Positions 51,009 through 63,658 are shown, numbered from the stretch's first letter. The stretch: 64,000 nt of DNA from Felis catus (GCF_018350175.1 NC_058373.1:101000001-101064000); one strand, 5' to 3'. Program-made: numbers and translations. Notes: generated by a model not told the origin, from the sequence alone.

Positions 51009-51099
<91 letters not shown>
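50933..51099. repeat. 167-bp pure polypyrimidine compound microsatellite
   Basis: (TTTTTCC)n, (CTTT)n, (CT)n, (CTTT)n with no purines. Confidence 0.95.
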
Positions 51100-52117
51100 G
51101 CCATCACCCAACCCAACTTTCAGAGTAGACTCAAAGGAAAAGCACTGAAATACTTTTCTGACTTTTCCATATTTAGCACAACACCACACAAAATTGCTAA
51201 ATACCATATAACCACACTTACCATCTTGGGGCCTATAAATTCAGAATTCAGACACTTGATTACAAACCACAGAATGACTCTGTTTAAGAAATAGTATGTG
51301 GTATTGCAAGGGAACTGCCCCTATTTAGATGTTCTTCTGGTTATTAACTTAGTAACCTGGGCTTTTTCCCTCTATCTTCTTTCTCTATCCTTCTACCATG
51401 GCTGTCATCTCTGATTTCTGGTACAATTGTATGAGTACTGGGGCAGGGGTGAATGTCTGTGAGAGTCAGGAGAGCATTTTCTGTTATAATTCTGGTCCAA
51501 AAGGAAAATAAGCACATACATTTTTGGTTTTGCAGTAAAATTCCACAGCAAACCAGGAGTCAATCACCAATTTTTAGGAGGGTGAAGGTATGAGGGAAAA
51601 TTCGCTCTTGTCATCTTGGAGTGGCCCAGGCTCCTCTGTGGTATTATTGTTTTCTCAAATTCGGCTGTGAAATGCCCCCTCTCCCTCAGTATTTCCAAGC
51701 TATTCTCTTCTGTTTCCTACCTTTACAACAACATCTGATCATACCTGTTAGGCACAGTGAAGTGTAAATGATGAGAATCACGACCTATGTTTTATAATTT
51801 TATAGAGATTGAAACTGTAAGCTAGCTCAACGGAGGGCACTCACCACCCTCAGAGAGAAACCTCAGAAACACCTCTAAGTCACTTCCCCAAAGTAGGGCT
51901 TTCCCCCACCCTTCATCAAGGCCACTATTCCTGATAAACTTATTTAAAGAGATTAGAAAATTATAAAACTTTTAAATGCCTAAATGTTCTTTATGACATA
52001 ATTTGAGTTGTTGAGTATAAATCCCCCATTTTATCTCTGTATGAGAGTAAATGACTTCTTATAACTCAGAAATCAGACCTCCGCAGTAAGTTTCATAAGT
52101 TTAAAAGCTCATATTGA

Positions 52118-52340
52118 GGGGTGCCTGGGTGGCTCAGTGGGTTAAGCATCCAACTTCCGCTCAGGTCATGATCTCGCGATTCGTGAGTTCAAGCCCGGTC
52201 TGGGGCTCTGTGCTGACAGCTCAGAGCCTGGAGCCTGCTTGGGATTCTGTGTCTCCTTCTGTCTCTCTCTGCCCCTCTCCCACTCATGCATGTGCATGCT
52301 CGCGCTCTCTCTCAAAAATAATAAAAACATTAAAAAAAAA
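52118..52340 (+). mobile_element. Can-SINE
   Basis: TSD aaaagctcatattga. Confidence 0.97.
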
Positions 52341-52499
52341 AAAAGCTCATATTGACACTTTATTATACACCAGAGATATGCTTAACTTTGCTTTACTTTG
52401 TAAAAGTAAACCTTAAAGCTGTAAAGTGCTTTCCTTTTCAGGCATCTTGGAAAGTAGATATCATTCTCTCCATTTCACAGTTCAGATGACTACAAATGA

Positions 52500-52692
52500 G
52501 GGGCGCCTGGGTGGCTCAGTCAGTTAAGCATCTCTTGATTTCTGCTCAGGTCGTGATCTCACAGTTCATGGGATGGAGCCATGCACTGGCAGCACAGAGC
52601 CTGCTTGGGATTCTCTCCCTCCCTCTCTCTCCCTGCCTCTGCCCCACTTACGTGTGCACGCGCGCGCACGCTCTCTTCCTTAAATAAACATT
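52500..52692 (+). mobile_element. Can-SINE (host of an inverted insertion; tail resumes ~52905-52924)
   Basis: ggggcgcctgggtggctcag head; degenerate outer TSD agatgactacaaatga/agacatctgcaaacga. Confidence 0.9.
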
Positions 52693-52904
52693 AAAAAAAA
52701 TTTTTTTTTAATGTTTATTTTTGAGACAGAGACAGAGTATGAGCAGGGAAGGGGCAGAGAGAGAGGGAGACACAGAATGTGAAGCAGGCTCCAAGCTCCG
52801 AGCTATCAGCACAGAGCCCGACACGGGGCTTGAACTCACGAACCACGAGATCATGCCCTGAGCCGAAGTCGGACGCTTAACCGACTGAGCCACCCAGGTG
52901 CCCC
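52693..52904 (-). mobile_element. Can-SINE inserted antisense into the previous SINE's tail
   Basis: TSD ttaaataaac(a/t)tt. Confidence 0.93.
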
Positions 52905-53049
52905 TTAAATAAACTTTTTAAAAAGACATCTGCAAACGAGATTAGTTATGTATCTTACACATAATCATAGAGTATTATGGGAGAGGCGGGACTGCAGCCC
53001 ATCCCAACCACCGTATTAGAAAATCTAGACTGCAAAAAATGAGAACTTT

Positions 53050-53560
53050 TATATCAGCATGGGCTTGTGGATACAAGCCACAGATAACTGATTCTGCCTT
53101 ACTTCAGAAAAAAAAAATAATAAAAGGACAATGGGGAGCTCATAGAAACTATGGGAGTGCTGCAAATCCAGGCTCAGAAGCGCGCAGTCAGGAGCAATAG
53201 CAGAGTTGCACTGCATAACAGGTCCAGGGAGGATGACCCTGGAGCTGCTGCCGCCGAGAGCTAGATACGCACGTAAACTATGAACGCAAATGACCCCAGC
53301 CGCTGAGCACAGCTGCTGGCACTGCGGCTCTGTTGCTCTGAGAACTTGATCTCACTGCAATGGTCTCCAGAGGAGATCCATCTCAGTCCTTGCTTCTTTG
53401 CATCTTCAGTCCCCCGGTCAAAAATGAGATTGGTGGAGCCTAGGTCACATGCCCACATGCCAGCTGGGAAAGTAAGTTTGGGGGCATTTTTAGCTTCTGT
53501 GATGACAGATGTGTGTGCCTCCCACCGACTGCCCAGTGGGAATGAAGCTTAGACCTTGGC
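53050..53560 (-). mobile_element. Old MaLR LTR (MLT1N/L-like)
   Basis: gattggtggagcctaggtcacatgcccac...ctgggaaagtaag. Confidence 0.6.
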
Positions 53561-54119
53561 AGCTGGAAGGAATAAAACATGCTCTGCCCACCTGAGAAGT
53601 AGAGTAGCAAGCTTCTCCAGCACCGCACAGTCATCCCTTCATCCACATGAGTTCAAGATGCATCCAGCCTATGATTCTAAGGTCATCCATATGTCTAGCA
53701 GGGCTTTGTGGTTCACCAGAGCATTCTGTGGACAATGAACGGTGTCAGCAGAGATCCTGAGTCATGCATGGCTACTATTTAAAAAGAAGACAGAAGAAAA
53801 CTTTAAGTACTTTTGAAAGATTGGTGCTGGTGAATCAATGCTCTGTGGATTGAGGCTAAAGAACATTGTGTCCAGAGAAACTGCATTTTGGATGAAAAAT
53901 AAAAGAAGAGCTTCTGTAAACTTGTAATTACCCTTCTGGTGTGCTTGTGGTAAATGCCAACAGTACGGATGTCAGCTTCCAGCTTGGGCCAATTTGTTGA
54001 CCGGATTCATTTTATTTTCACCAGAACTCATCTCCCAGAGGTCCTCTACTCTAAAAGGGAAACAAGAGAAATATCTTTATTAGGGAAAGAATAATAAATC
54101 TTGCCTGTCATGGACATCT

Positions 54120-54618
54120 GTTGCGTTTCTCTGCTTAGCATTTATTCTTTCTTCTTTCATTAATGGCATCATAGTATTCCTTTGGGAGTGACCCTACCCT
54201 CCTGATTCTAGGGATGTTCATGTGGCCCTTGAACACCTGTATACAGTGATTGATTCAGGGAAGGATATGGGATATGGAACATCCCAACCAGAATATTCTA
54301 GGTCTTTTGTAGAATTGCTGGGAATGAAATTCTCTCTATTGGGGTTTCTGAGCCAGTAGGTTGTCCATGAACTTTCTGACAGACATCTTGCCATGACAAG
54401 GAGAGAACCTATCTAAGAACAGCCAGCAAGGATACTCAAGCAGATATATAAAAGAAGACTGAATACTTACAGCATTATTTCAACACCTAGATTGAATCAA
54501 ACTTGAAACCAATAACCTTGGGCTTTTCAATGATCTGAACTTGTAAGTTTCCTCTTTTCCTTAATCCAGTTGAGTTAGGTCTCCTGTCACATGCAACAAA
54601 AGAATCCTAAATGATTCA
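54120..54618 (+). mobile_element. MLT1K-like LTR
   Basis: ccttaatccagttgagttaggtctcctgtcacatgcaacaaaagaatcctaaatgat. Confidence 0.75.
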
Positions 54619-55579
54619 TTGACTTTGTCTATTAACTTACAGAGTTCTGGGTTGCCTTGGTTAAAGAAGAAGCCCCTAACTACTTGTCTTGAATGCTGTA
54701 AAAGAGGTTCATGGTCTGTGTAGAGCATTGGTTTAAATGTTTTCTTCCAACAGAGAGTCTAGGATTTTGAGACTAAAGACAAATGAGAAGCATTTGTTAA
54801 AATACATTAGATGCTATCTCAGAAACAGATAATAATGGGATTGCCATTTAGCACCATAAAAGACATTACCCAAATTGGGTTAGTAACTATTTTAAGTTCT
54901 ATTTAACTTCTCGTGGTAATGCTTTTCATAAGTACTTTGTAATTTCTAAGTTTGTGAGGCTTAAATAATTATGTAATTACTTTGCAACAACCACAGAACT
55001 CCACTCAGATTTGGTAGCTACTTTAAGCCATGTTAAGTTTTTCATTATAAATTACATTATGTTTAGTACATAATTTATAGTTGGTATGAAAAGAAGAATC
55101 ATATCATGCAACTATTCTGTAATAGCATAGCAATTACTCCCATATTGTGGTAACTTCCAGGGGAATGGATATTTCTTTTGTAATTACAGAAATGATAGCA
55201 TCGCATCCAACAATTTCCTGGTGATAACATTTATAACTATGAATTAAATTGTAATTCAGTTGCTTCTTCTTGGCCATTCTAGCTGAGCAAGAGAATAAGT
55301 GGAGCAAATGGCTTTCCTGCCACTTTAATATTAGATGATATTTAGCAAGTATACAGTACAGGAACTGAAGCTTGGAAACAGATCATGTGTAACGAGATCA
55401 AAGTATATTATTTGCCTCCATTTATACTCTGGCAACAAATAGGCCTTGATCAGCTACAAGAGTTCAAGATCAAGGAATCATGCAGGAAAGTTATATTTTA
55501 TTGCAACATAAACCCAGTTGACAAAGTACCCTGAAAGATGTGGTGTGAAAGACAGGCTTCCGTATGTCCTGGAAGGAAA

Positions 55580-55790
55580 GTAAAAGCACAGGATGTGGGA
55601 TTAGAAACCTGAGTGGAAGTCTAACTTTGCTACTTCTTAGCTAGGTGATCTTGCGAACTGTACAATCTCTCTGAGTCTGTTTCTTTTTCTATAGATTTGG
55701 CGGACTCATACCTACCTCATAAGGTTTGTGGCAAAACCAAATGATATAATGCGTTTGGAAGGGTTGTGTCAAATACTAAATAAATATGAG
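55580..55790 (+). mobile_element. MIR
   Basis: tagctaggtgatcttgcga...ctctctgagtctgtttc...atacctacctcataagg. Confidence 0.75.
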
Positions 55791-56187
55791 GTACTCTTAA
55801 AGAAGAAAGCCCTTTGTTCTCATTCCACTTATTCAGTTTGAAATAAAACACTCTTCCTTCATATAAAGTTTATAATGAAAGATTAAAAAAATTAGTACCT
55901 ACGATGAAGTACTGTACTTTTGCAAACCGGCTTCTCTTTCCTTTTATTTTTAATTTTTTTTTTTGTACAATCTGGACTTTCACCTGGAACTTCTATATAT
56001 TCATTTTACCTTAATAGGTGCAATGTTTGAGGGCCCTTGAAGTTTTACATTATTAGTGAGAAGCACAAATTTTCTTAGACAATCAGAAAAAATATATATA
56101 TAAATAGGAAGTTTTTTCGTCATCAGACGCTTCAGATATGGCATACAATGCAATTCCCCAGTCAGCTTCTAGAAAATAAATATCTGA

Positions 56188-56411
56188 GGGGCGCCTGGGT
56201 GGCGCAGTCGGTTAAGCGTCCGACTTCAGCCAGGTCACGATCTCGCGGTCCGTGAGTTCGAGCCCCGCGTCGGGCTCTGGGCTGATGGCTCAGAGCCTGG
56301 AGCCTGTTTCCGATTCTGTGTCTCCCTCTCTCTCTGCCCCTCCCCCGTTCATGCTCTGTCTCTCTCTGTCCCAAAAATAAATAAACGTTGAAAAAAAAAA
56401 TTTTTTTAAAA
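56188..56411 (+). mobile_element. Young SINEC_Fc-type Can-SINE
   Basis: CpG-rich; 17-bp perfect TSD agaaaataaatatctga. Confidence 0.98.
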
Positions 56412-57038
56412 AGAAAATAAATATCTGAGTCTTACGGGAGGGATATGAATGTAATTTTAAAGGGTTGCTACAGTTAAGTGTCAGGATTATTTTTTAAATG
56501 TGACCAGCTATTTAATCTTAGGTAGTTTCAGTTGATAGCCTTCAAGTCACTAGATAGTAGGTTTACTACTTGTTCAGTTTAACTGGTTTAATATAAAGTG
56601 TAATGTGCACATACTTTTGAATTTAAAAGAGATCCTTTTCACTATTCTAAACTGGAAAGGACAATTTTAAAGGGATATAAAACACTTCTATAGAGCTTTG
56701 AGCTTTTATTATATGTAAATATCTGCATTGATACTGTGAGTATATAGTTTTAGTAGTGGTTTTATGGGTTCTGTCGAGGTGAATAGGAATAAAGAATCAA
56801 ACCATCTTCCCTTAAGGATTAAAGAAAAGAGCAACATTTTCCAAGTTGAGCTCTTTCCCTATCAATGCTGAGTACTGAAGGAGTTCTTATTTCACAAGAG
56901 GCCAGAGGTTCTAATAACTTTGGTTATGGCTGGGCCAGGAATGTCTTTTCGCTTGCTTTAAGCATTATTGCATTGAAGAGCTTATGCGCTGATGATCCAG
57001 TCATTTTTTTTTTTTAATTTTCTTCTCAATTATATTTC

Positions 57039-57155
57039 TGTATTCTTTTTCTGAGGCTGCTGTAACAAAGTAGCTCAAACGGGCCAGCTGAAACAGTTGG
57101 CCAATTTATCGTCTCACAGTTCTGGAAGCTAAAAGTCCAAAATCAAGGTACTGGT
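57039..57155 (-). mobile_element. MLT1B/C/D-like fragment
   Basis: ggctgctgtaacaaagta...tctcacagttctggaagctaaaagtccaaaatcaagg. Confidence 0.75.
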
Positions 57156-57428
57156 GGAGTATACCTCTCAATTCACAAATTGACTGCTCAATTCTGAGTA
57201 AGTTCTTTTGTGCTGTAGTCAGAATATCCCTGACTAGAAATAGAAGAATCACTGTATTGTTTGAGCTCACATGGAGGTTTCCCAACAATTTTTAACTTCC
57301 ACAGATACAACTGCTATTATTTAATGCTCAGTGTCACTGTTAGTATATAATAGATCTCTGATTATTCTATGTATATATGACAGAGACTTACAGGTACATT
57401 TTCCTTTTTTCAAAATGAGAGAAGTATA

Positions 57429-57579
57429 GGGGTGCCTGGGTGGTTCAGTCAGTTAAGCATCCAACTTCGGCTCAGGTCATGATCTCTCGGTTCATGAGCT
57501 TAAGCCCCGCATCGAGCTGACAGCCCAGAGCCTATTTCGGCTTCTGTGTCTCCCTCTCCCTGCTCCTCCCCCACTCATG

Positions 57580-57621
<42 letters not shown>

Positions 57622-57647
57622 AATAAATAAACATTAAAAAATTTTTT
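57429..57647 (+). mobile_element. Can-SINE
   Basis: TSD aaatga(g/t)agaagtata. Confidence 0.95.
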
Positions 57648-58345
57648 TAAATGATAGAAGTATACAAATGCAAAAACAAAACCATACCACATCCCAAAGC
57701 TAGTTTCTCTCTCTCAAAAGTTGGAATTATTTCTACATTATTGGGTACAAATATCATTTCACAAACTCAAGTATGCAGATAATAAAATTTTATTGTTTTT
57801 TATCTTGGACCTAAATTCTACCAAGGTGACAGAGACCCAGTTTCAACTAGTACAGGGTTTCACTTGATTATCCCCAAGTTATAGCCAGGTAAGGATCTTA
57901 AACATAAGAGAGGGTCCATACAATCCTCAGTTATCTATCCGTGTAGATAGCTAGCAAGTCAATTGGGTTTTGATGAAGATACCAAAAAAAGTTAATGAAA
58001 GATGATGATATTTTCAATGCATGGGGCTGAAATCTATATTTTAAAAACAAAACAAAATATAGGATCATGCTGGATAAAAGACTTACAAGAACCCCAAAGA
58101 AAAGGACCTACTTCTCTCTGTAGGTTTCTATTTCCCTGATGCTCCAAGTCACCTTTTCTTAGCCCTCAATATAACTCAACAACACAAAATAAGCCATCTT
58201 CCTATGAGAGTTCGGGCTTCCACAGTTTTGTCTATGTTCCTATAACATACTTTTTACGTCTACTAGAATTTGAGAATTGTCTTTTCATTTCTTATTGTTT
58301 CATTGGGAGTATTCATCTTTCTCCAATTGATTGCTAAGAGCCCTT

Positions 58346-58487
58346 TATATCTGTAGGGTATTATACTATACTATATGGTATAGTATATATACTGTATACT
58401 GTATAGTATATATACTGTATAGTATAGTATATATACTATACTATATCTGTAGGGTAATATACTACAGATATATTATATCTGTAGGGT
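58346..58487. repeat. AT-rich block of direct and inverted micro-repeats inside a probable old L1 fragment
   Basis: 3x tatatctgtagggt, a 28-bp palindrome and an 11-bp-arm hairpin. Confidence 0.9.
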
Positions 58488-59884
58488 TTGACACATAGCA
58501 TTCAAATATTTTTTTTCCAGGCATCCAAATATAGTTTCTTATCTGCTGTTTAATTTGGTTCACATATTGCCTGACATACAAGAGTTTTTATTTTTAAGCA
58601 GACACATATATAAATCTTTTCATTTTTGGCTACATTCTTATTCTGAATTCTCTTGAAGAGCTTCAAATATCCATGAATCCTTCAGAAATGTATCTTAAAG
58701 TTAGATGTGCATGTAAGTATATAAGATGTACATATAAAACAGGTTCCATTTTCCTTTTATAAATTCTTAAAAACTTCAGTATGTAGTTTTCTTGTGCAAT
58801 ATAGGTTGAGTGGTAAGAGAATATCTTTACATAAACATTCCAAAACTCTTTGAAAGAGCGTTGGCAATCGCAAAGAAGTTATAGACGTAAAATTGCAGAC
58901 TTCTTGGGCATGCAATTAATGAATAAAAAGAATTTAGAAGATATGATTTGCTTATCTATCTCTAACCCCTTCTCCACGTATTTCAAAGCATTTAATAGGC
59001 AACATGCTAGTTTACTATGATCCTCCTCAAGTGGTACTTTTAGGGCATTCGTGTGATGAGGATGCTTGCGTGGCTAATCATTTTGAAGTCTAGAGCTGAA
59101 AATGGTAATTGCTTCAACCCACACATAGGCACATAAGGTAAGGTGGAAATGTCTGAGTTCATTCTTTTAAAAGGGAAAATGAATAACAAGCTTCTAAAAC
59201 TACTTTCCATGGTAAATTTGTTCCAGAGTTTTTTTTTTTTTTTTTTTAAGAGCCCTGTTCCGTGATACCTCCCCTACAACTGGCTGAATGAATAGAAAAG
59301 AAGTGGGAAGTTGCTGATGTTGAAGGAGATAAGATTTAACTATTGTTGCACATTACACAGATGGGTAATTTGCATGTTGAGCCATCTAATCTTGAATTGG
59401 CTTGGACATGCTACAGCAAATTTTCTAGGAATCTAGTGTTTCAGTTATTGGAAAGAACCCAACAATCTAATCCTAACACTGTGTCATGTTTCATTGCTGA
59501 ATAAGTCAATGCATAACATAGAATTAAGAGGCTCATTAATTATATGATCATAAATTTTAGAGTGGAAAAAGGCAAATTGGGTATTTTGAAGTAATTAATG
59601 GCTTTGTGCAATGAATAGCCAACTTAAGGTGATTAACCAAATATAAAGAAAATCTCACCTAGGCTCCTTGGCAAAAAAAACAAAAAACAAAAAACAAAAA
59701 CACATGTCCCATGATAGTACTTACGTTTGCCACTCTTTTTGGCTAGGCTTTTTTTTTTAAGTCTTATTAAAAACAAAAAAGGAATAATTACAATTCCTAA
59801 TTCTTAGGAATTGTTCTTAATTTCTATCAACACACATGAAGAAACACCTGATGTCTTTCAGGAACCGAAGTGGGACCAGCTTAC

Positions 59885-59951
59885 CAGGACTTGCTTTGAG
59901 ATATCTTTGGACTCTCCATTCAGTATGTCCCTTTCCCCTGACCAAATAATA
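59885..59951 (-). CDS. Candidate exon (67 nt; YYLVRGKGHTEWRVQRYLKASP, or ...GERDILNGESKDISKQVL in another frame)
   Basis: Pyrimidine-rich acceptor tctttccttctttgtgtgtatttacaatag| and donor CTG|gtaagc, in unique sequence. Confidence 0.3.
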
Positions 59952-62049
59952 CTATTGTAAATACACACAAAGAAGGAAAGACCAAAGGAAAATTCTTTTC
60001 TAATTGTAGAAAATGATTCTTTAAGTTTAAAAATTATGGATAATTTTATAATAGCCCAAGATGTCATAGTTCGGGAGATACCTATACACTTAAATGAATG
60101 TAGGTAAGTGTGGTGTCTATTCCTTTAGACAGTTTGTAGATTCTGTAAGCAATTCATATCAAAGATTATTCTTAAGCAAGGACAATGTTCTATAAAGTCA
60201 GCAACTGGGTAACAAAGTGTAGTCAGTCAAATGAATCTTTACAGCAATAATTCTAACATTAAAGAGATTGTAGTCCCAAATAATGGTCAACAAATTAGAA
60301 ATTATTTCTAGTTTTGGATCACAGGAAAAATGTAAGGATCAAGACATAATTGATACAATAGCAAGTTAATAGGTTGTCATGCACCATTTGACAAAAGGAA
60401 TGTGATTAAAGATGATTCCTAAAATAATATCTTCAGTACACTGTAAAAGCAAACCAATTCATGCCCATTCAAAGAAAGCCTCTATAAAAACATATATCTG
60501 CACTGAAGAGCACACTAGTCATTTCTTATAAGCAACAATTCCTCATTTGCAGCAACTGCTTTATTTTTATTTTTCCAAAGGAATGATATTAAGGTCTAAG
60601 TCAATGATCTCAAGTCAAATATCTGCTTCCCAATATTATTACATAATCAGTTATACCTTGGTTTTTCTAGAGACTGGAACCAAGGTCCCTGCCACTTGGC
60701 ATTGAAATGAAGTCTCAGGGCAAGTTTCTGGACATTCAGGTGTGTTCAGGTACACAGTGCCCTGTCTTCAGATTCTAGCTGAACATTTAAACAAAAAGAA
60801 AAATCAGCTCATCCTTTGCCCTCATGAGAAGAAAGCTTGTGTCAGAAAATATTGGTCATATTTGCAGGCTAAAACTGACTAAATGTAAAGGTGGCTTTTT
60901 ACATTCTGGAATGCCTGAAGCTTAGGGGTTTCACCACCATTGGAGCTTCATGGGGGATGTGCCAAGCACATCCAAGAGGCCTGTCCACAGGGATACATTA
61001 CTGGAAATATCAGAAATACCTCACTGGAACACATGTGACCTGTGACACAGTCTCTATATTTGTGACCCCCAAAGATGATGTTATAGAAATGTTCTGGTGA
61101 ATCTCAAAAATTAGAGAATCAATGCAGTGACTTATCCTAACAGGGGATATTTCTGCATTCACATAGAAAAATTTGGATTCAATGATGACTGGGAAGGTCA
61201 GAGATATTCAGAGGAAAAAGATATTTTGAATACAATGTGAGAGAAAGAAGTGTGTATTTTATGTTGTATCATAAAGTGATATGAGGGCAACACTACTCGG
61301 ACTAAGCTCCAAGTAGAGTGTGAGGTCTGGGAATTTAATTTAGAACTGAAGCATGTTAGAGATTTAGAAATCCTCTGGGCCAGTCACTCCCAAACCACCA
61401 AGTGCTTAAGAATCATTCAGGGAATTTGGTGCCAGGCCTCATCCCAGAGATGCAAACGTTGGTTCTGAAGCAGGTACTATGCAGGATATAACTGGAGAGA
61501 CACTACTTGGTTGAACTCCTGTGGTGTACAGTAGAGAAAGTTAAGAACCAGAGGGGGTGAGTGCCATGGTCAAGGACACACAGAAAAATATTATCACTCT
61601 CTCCGCATCTGAGGCAGAATGCTTAGCAACCCACTGACACTCCAAGATGGTAGGAAACTGGCCACTTACTAGTGCCCCTGACTGACTAGCCTGCTTGTTA
61701 CCAAGATGGCTAATGGTTTAGTTAGGAGCAATGTGAATTAGTGTCTGCCCTTCGTGATGTGGAAAGTTGGTAGCATTTAAGTGTGCTTTCTCTCCTCAGA
61801 GAACACTTGTGTATATACATGATATTCTCCAGGAATCAAGAGAGCTGGACTCTAGTCCTCCATTAGCAATTAGCTTCTCTTCAGCAAGTCAGTCCTCTGA
61901 CTTTTACTTAATGCATTGTTAATGCTGCAGCTGGGCTAGGAGACGTCCAGTGTTTCTTTCCAGAACTCAAATTGGGAGTTTTACCACAGGTAGAAATATA
62001 CAGCTTCCTTCTTCCATTTCCGCTGCATAATTGTTTTATGAATGATAGT

Positions 62050-62250
62050 AATTATACTAATACTTAATAGTACTAGGTGCCAGTGTCCTAAGCATTTTAC
62101 ATATTTTTTGCATTTATTCCTTGTAACAATTCACTGCTACTATACCCATTTTTTAGATGTGGAAACTCAGGTGGAGACAGGTTAAGTAACTCGCCTAAGG
62201 TCACGTAACTAGTGAGTTGTAGAGAAGGGAAGAAATCAGTCAAGGCAGGA
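62050..62250 (-). mobile_element. MIR
   Basis: cccattttttagatgtggaaactcaggt...ggttaagtaactcgcctaaggtcac. Confidence 0.85.
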
Positions 62251-62357
62251 AAAAAAATGCAAGGTACTATGGTAACATAGTATATTTTAAATATTAGTTT
62301 TTCCAACATTTTATTTTTTCCTTTGCTATTCCCCCCACATAAAACAGTTAGACTCTT

Positions 62358-62524
62358 GGGGCACATAGGTGGCTCATTCAGCTAAGCATCCAGACACTTG
62401 ATTTTGGCTCAGGTCACGATCTCACGGTTCATAGGTTCAAGCCCTGCATTGGGCTCTGTGCTGACAGTGTGGAGCCTGCTTGGGATTCTCTCTCTCCCTC
62501 TCTCTCTGCCCCTTTCCTGCTCAT

Positions 62525-62606
<82 letters not shown>

Positions 62607-62650
62607 ATATTAAACAAAAAGAATTTCCCATTATTTAAATTAAAAAAAAA
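62358..62650 (+). mobile_element. Can-SINE with (CT)n, (AAAT)n and extra 3' sequence
   Basis: TSD aaaacag(ttag)actctt. Confidence 0.93.
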
Positions 62651-63054
62651 AAACAGACTCTTCTGTGTTTATTGACTTGGAGAATGGATATGGAAAACAA
62701 AGTTGTTGTTTTTTTCTGGCTTCTATCTTTCAGTTGCTTAAGCTTTTAGGGAAAAACAAAGTGAGTCACTACATAGATGATTTGGGAGAAAACATAGGGT
62801 GAAGTTTATGCACGCATACACACTCATACAGACACACTTGCACACCTACATAGGGGTATGTGCTTGCTAAAGAGAAGAGAAATAGAGAGAAAGCAATGAA
62901 AGTGAAGATACTATAGTGTAGAGCCTGTATCTTGCTATTAAGCCCTGAGGGGGTGGTAAAAGTCCATAAACAGGTTCATGAAATCCAAAAGGAGAGAACT
63001 TGAACCTCATTTCCTGGAGGAAGTGAGAGATAGACATTTAAAACACAGAGAAGA

Positions 63055-63265
63055 GGGGCGCCTGGGTGGCTCAGTCGGTTCAGCATCCAAATTCAGCTCA
63101 AGTCATGATCTCATGATTTATGGGTTTGAGCCAGCATTGGGCTCTGTGCTGACAGCTCAGAGCCTGGAGCCTGCTTCAGATTCTCTCTCCCTCTCTCCCT
63201 CTCTCCCTCTCTCTGCCCCTCCCCCACTTGCACTCTTGTCTCTCTCTCAAAAATAAATAAACACG
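63055..63265 (+). mobile_element. Can-SINE (host; tail resumes 63487-63515)
   Basis: Head ggggcgcctgggtggctcag; degenerate outer TSD ...cagagaa. Confidence 0.93.
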
Positions 63266-63486
63266 GGGGCGCCTGGGTGGCGCAGTCGGTTAAGTGTCCG
63301 GCTTCAGCCAGGTCACGATCTCGCGGTCCGTGAGTTCAAGCCCCGCGTCAGGCTCTGGGCTGATGGCTCGGAGCCTGGAGCCTGTTTCCGATTCTGTGTC
63401 TCCCTCTCTCTCTGCCCCTCCCCCGTTCATGCTCTGTCTCTTTCTGTCCCAAAAATAAATAAAAACGTTGAAAACAAATTTTTTTT
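63266..63486 (+). mobile_element. Young SINEC_Fc-type Can-SINE inserted in the previous SINE's tail
   Basis: TSD aaataaataaaca(c/t)g. Confidence 0.95.
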
Positions 63487-63597
63487 AAATAAATAAACAT
63501 GAAAAAAAAATGTTTAAATGCAGAGAACAAATGGCCAGCAACCTTAATGCATAGGTAGAGTTTGTACTGTGATCCAGAAGCATCAGAATGTTGACCA

Positions 63598-63658
63598 GTT
63601 AGCCAAACTATGTAAAGACCCCAGTTTTCATCAACTGATAAATGGATAAAGAAGATGT

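Noticed and set aside
50874..51294. Lys/Glu/Arg-rich and Phe/Ser/Leu-rich ORFs
   Set aside because: Microsatellite translations
53931..54050. Minus-strand strong acceptor tttctcttgtttcccttttag
   Set aside because: Stops in all frames before the gtaatt donor; no other support
56188..56270. tRNA-like sequences with A/B boxes
   Set aside because: SINE heads followed by CT repeat, tail and TSD; not tRNA genes
56162..56374. Recurrent ORFs such as MAQSVKRPTSAQV... and ETEHERGRGRERGRHR... (also 24171, 28404, 44895, 52114, 63348)
   Set aside because: Translations of Can-SINEs, not a gene family
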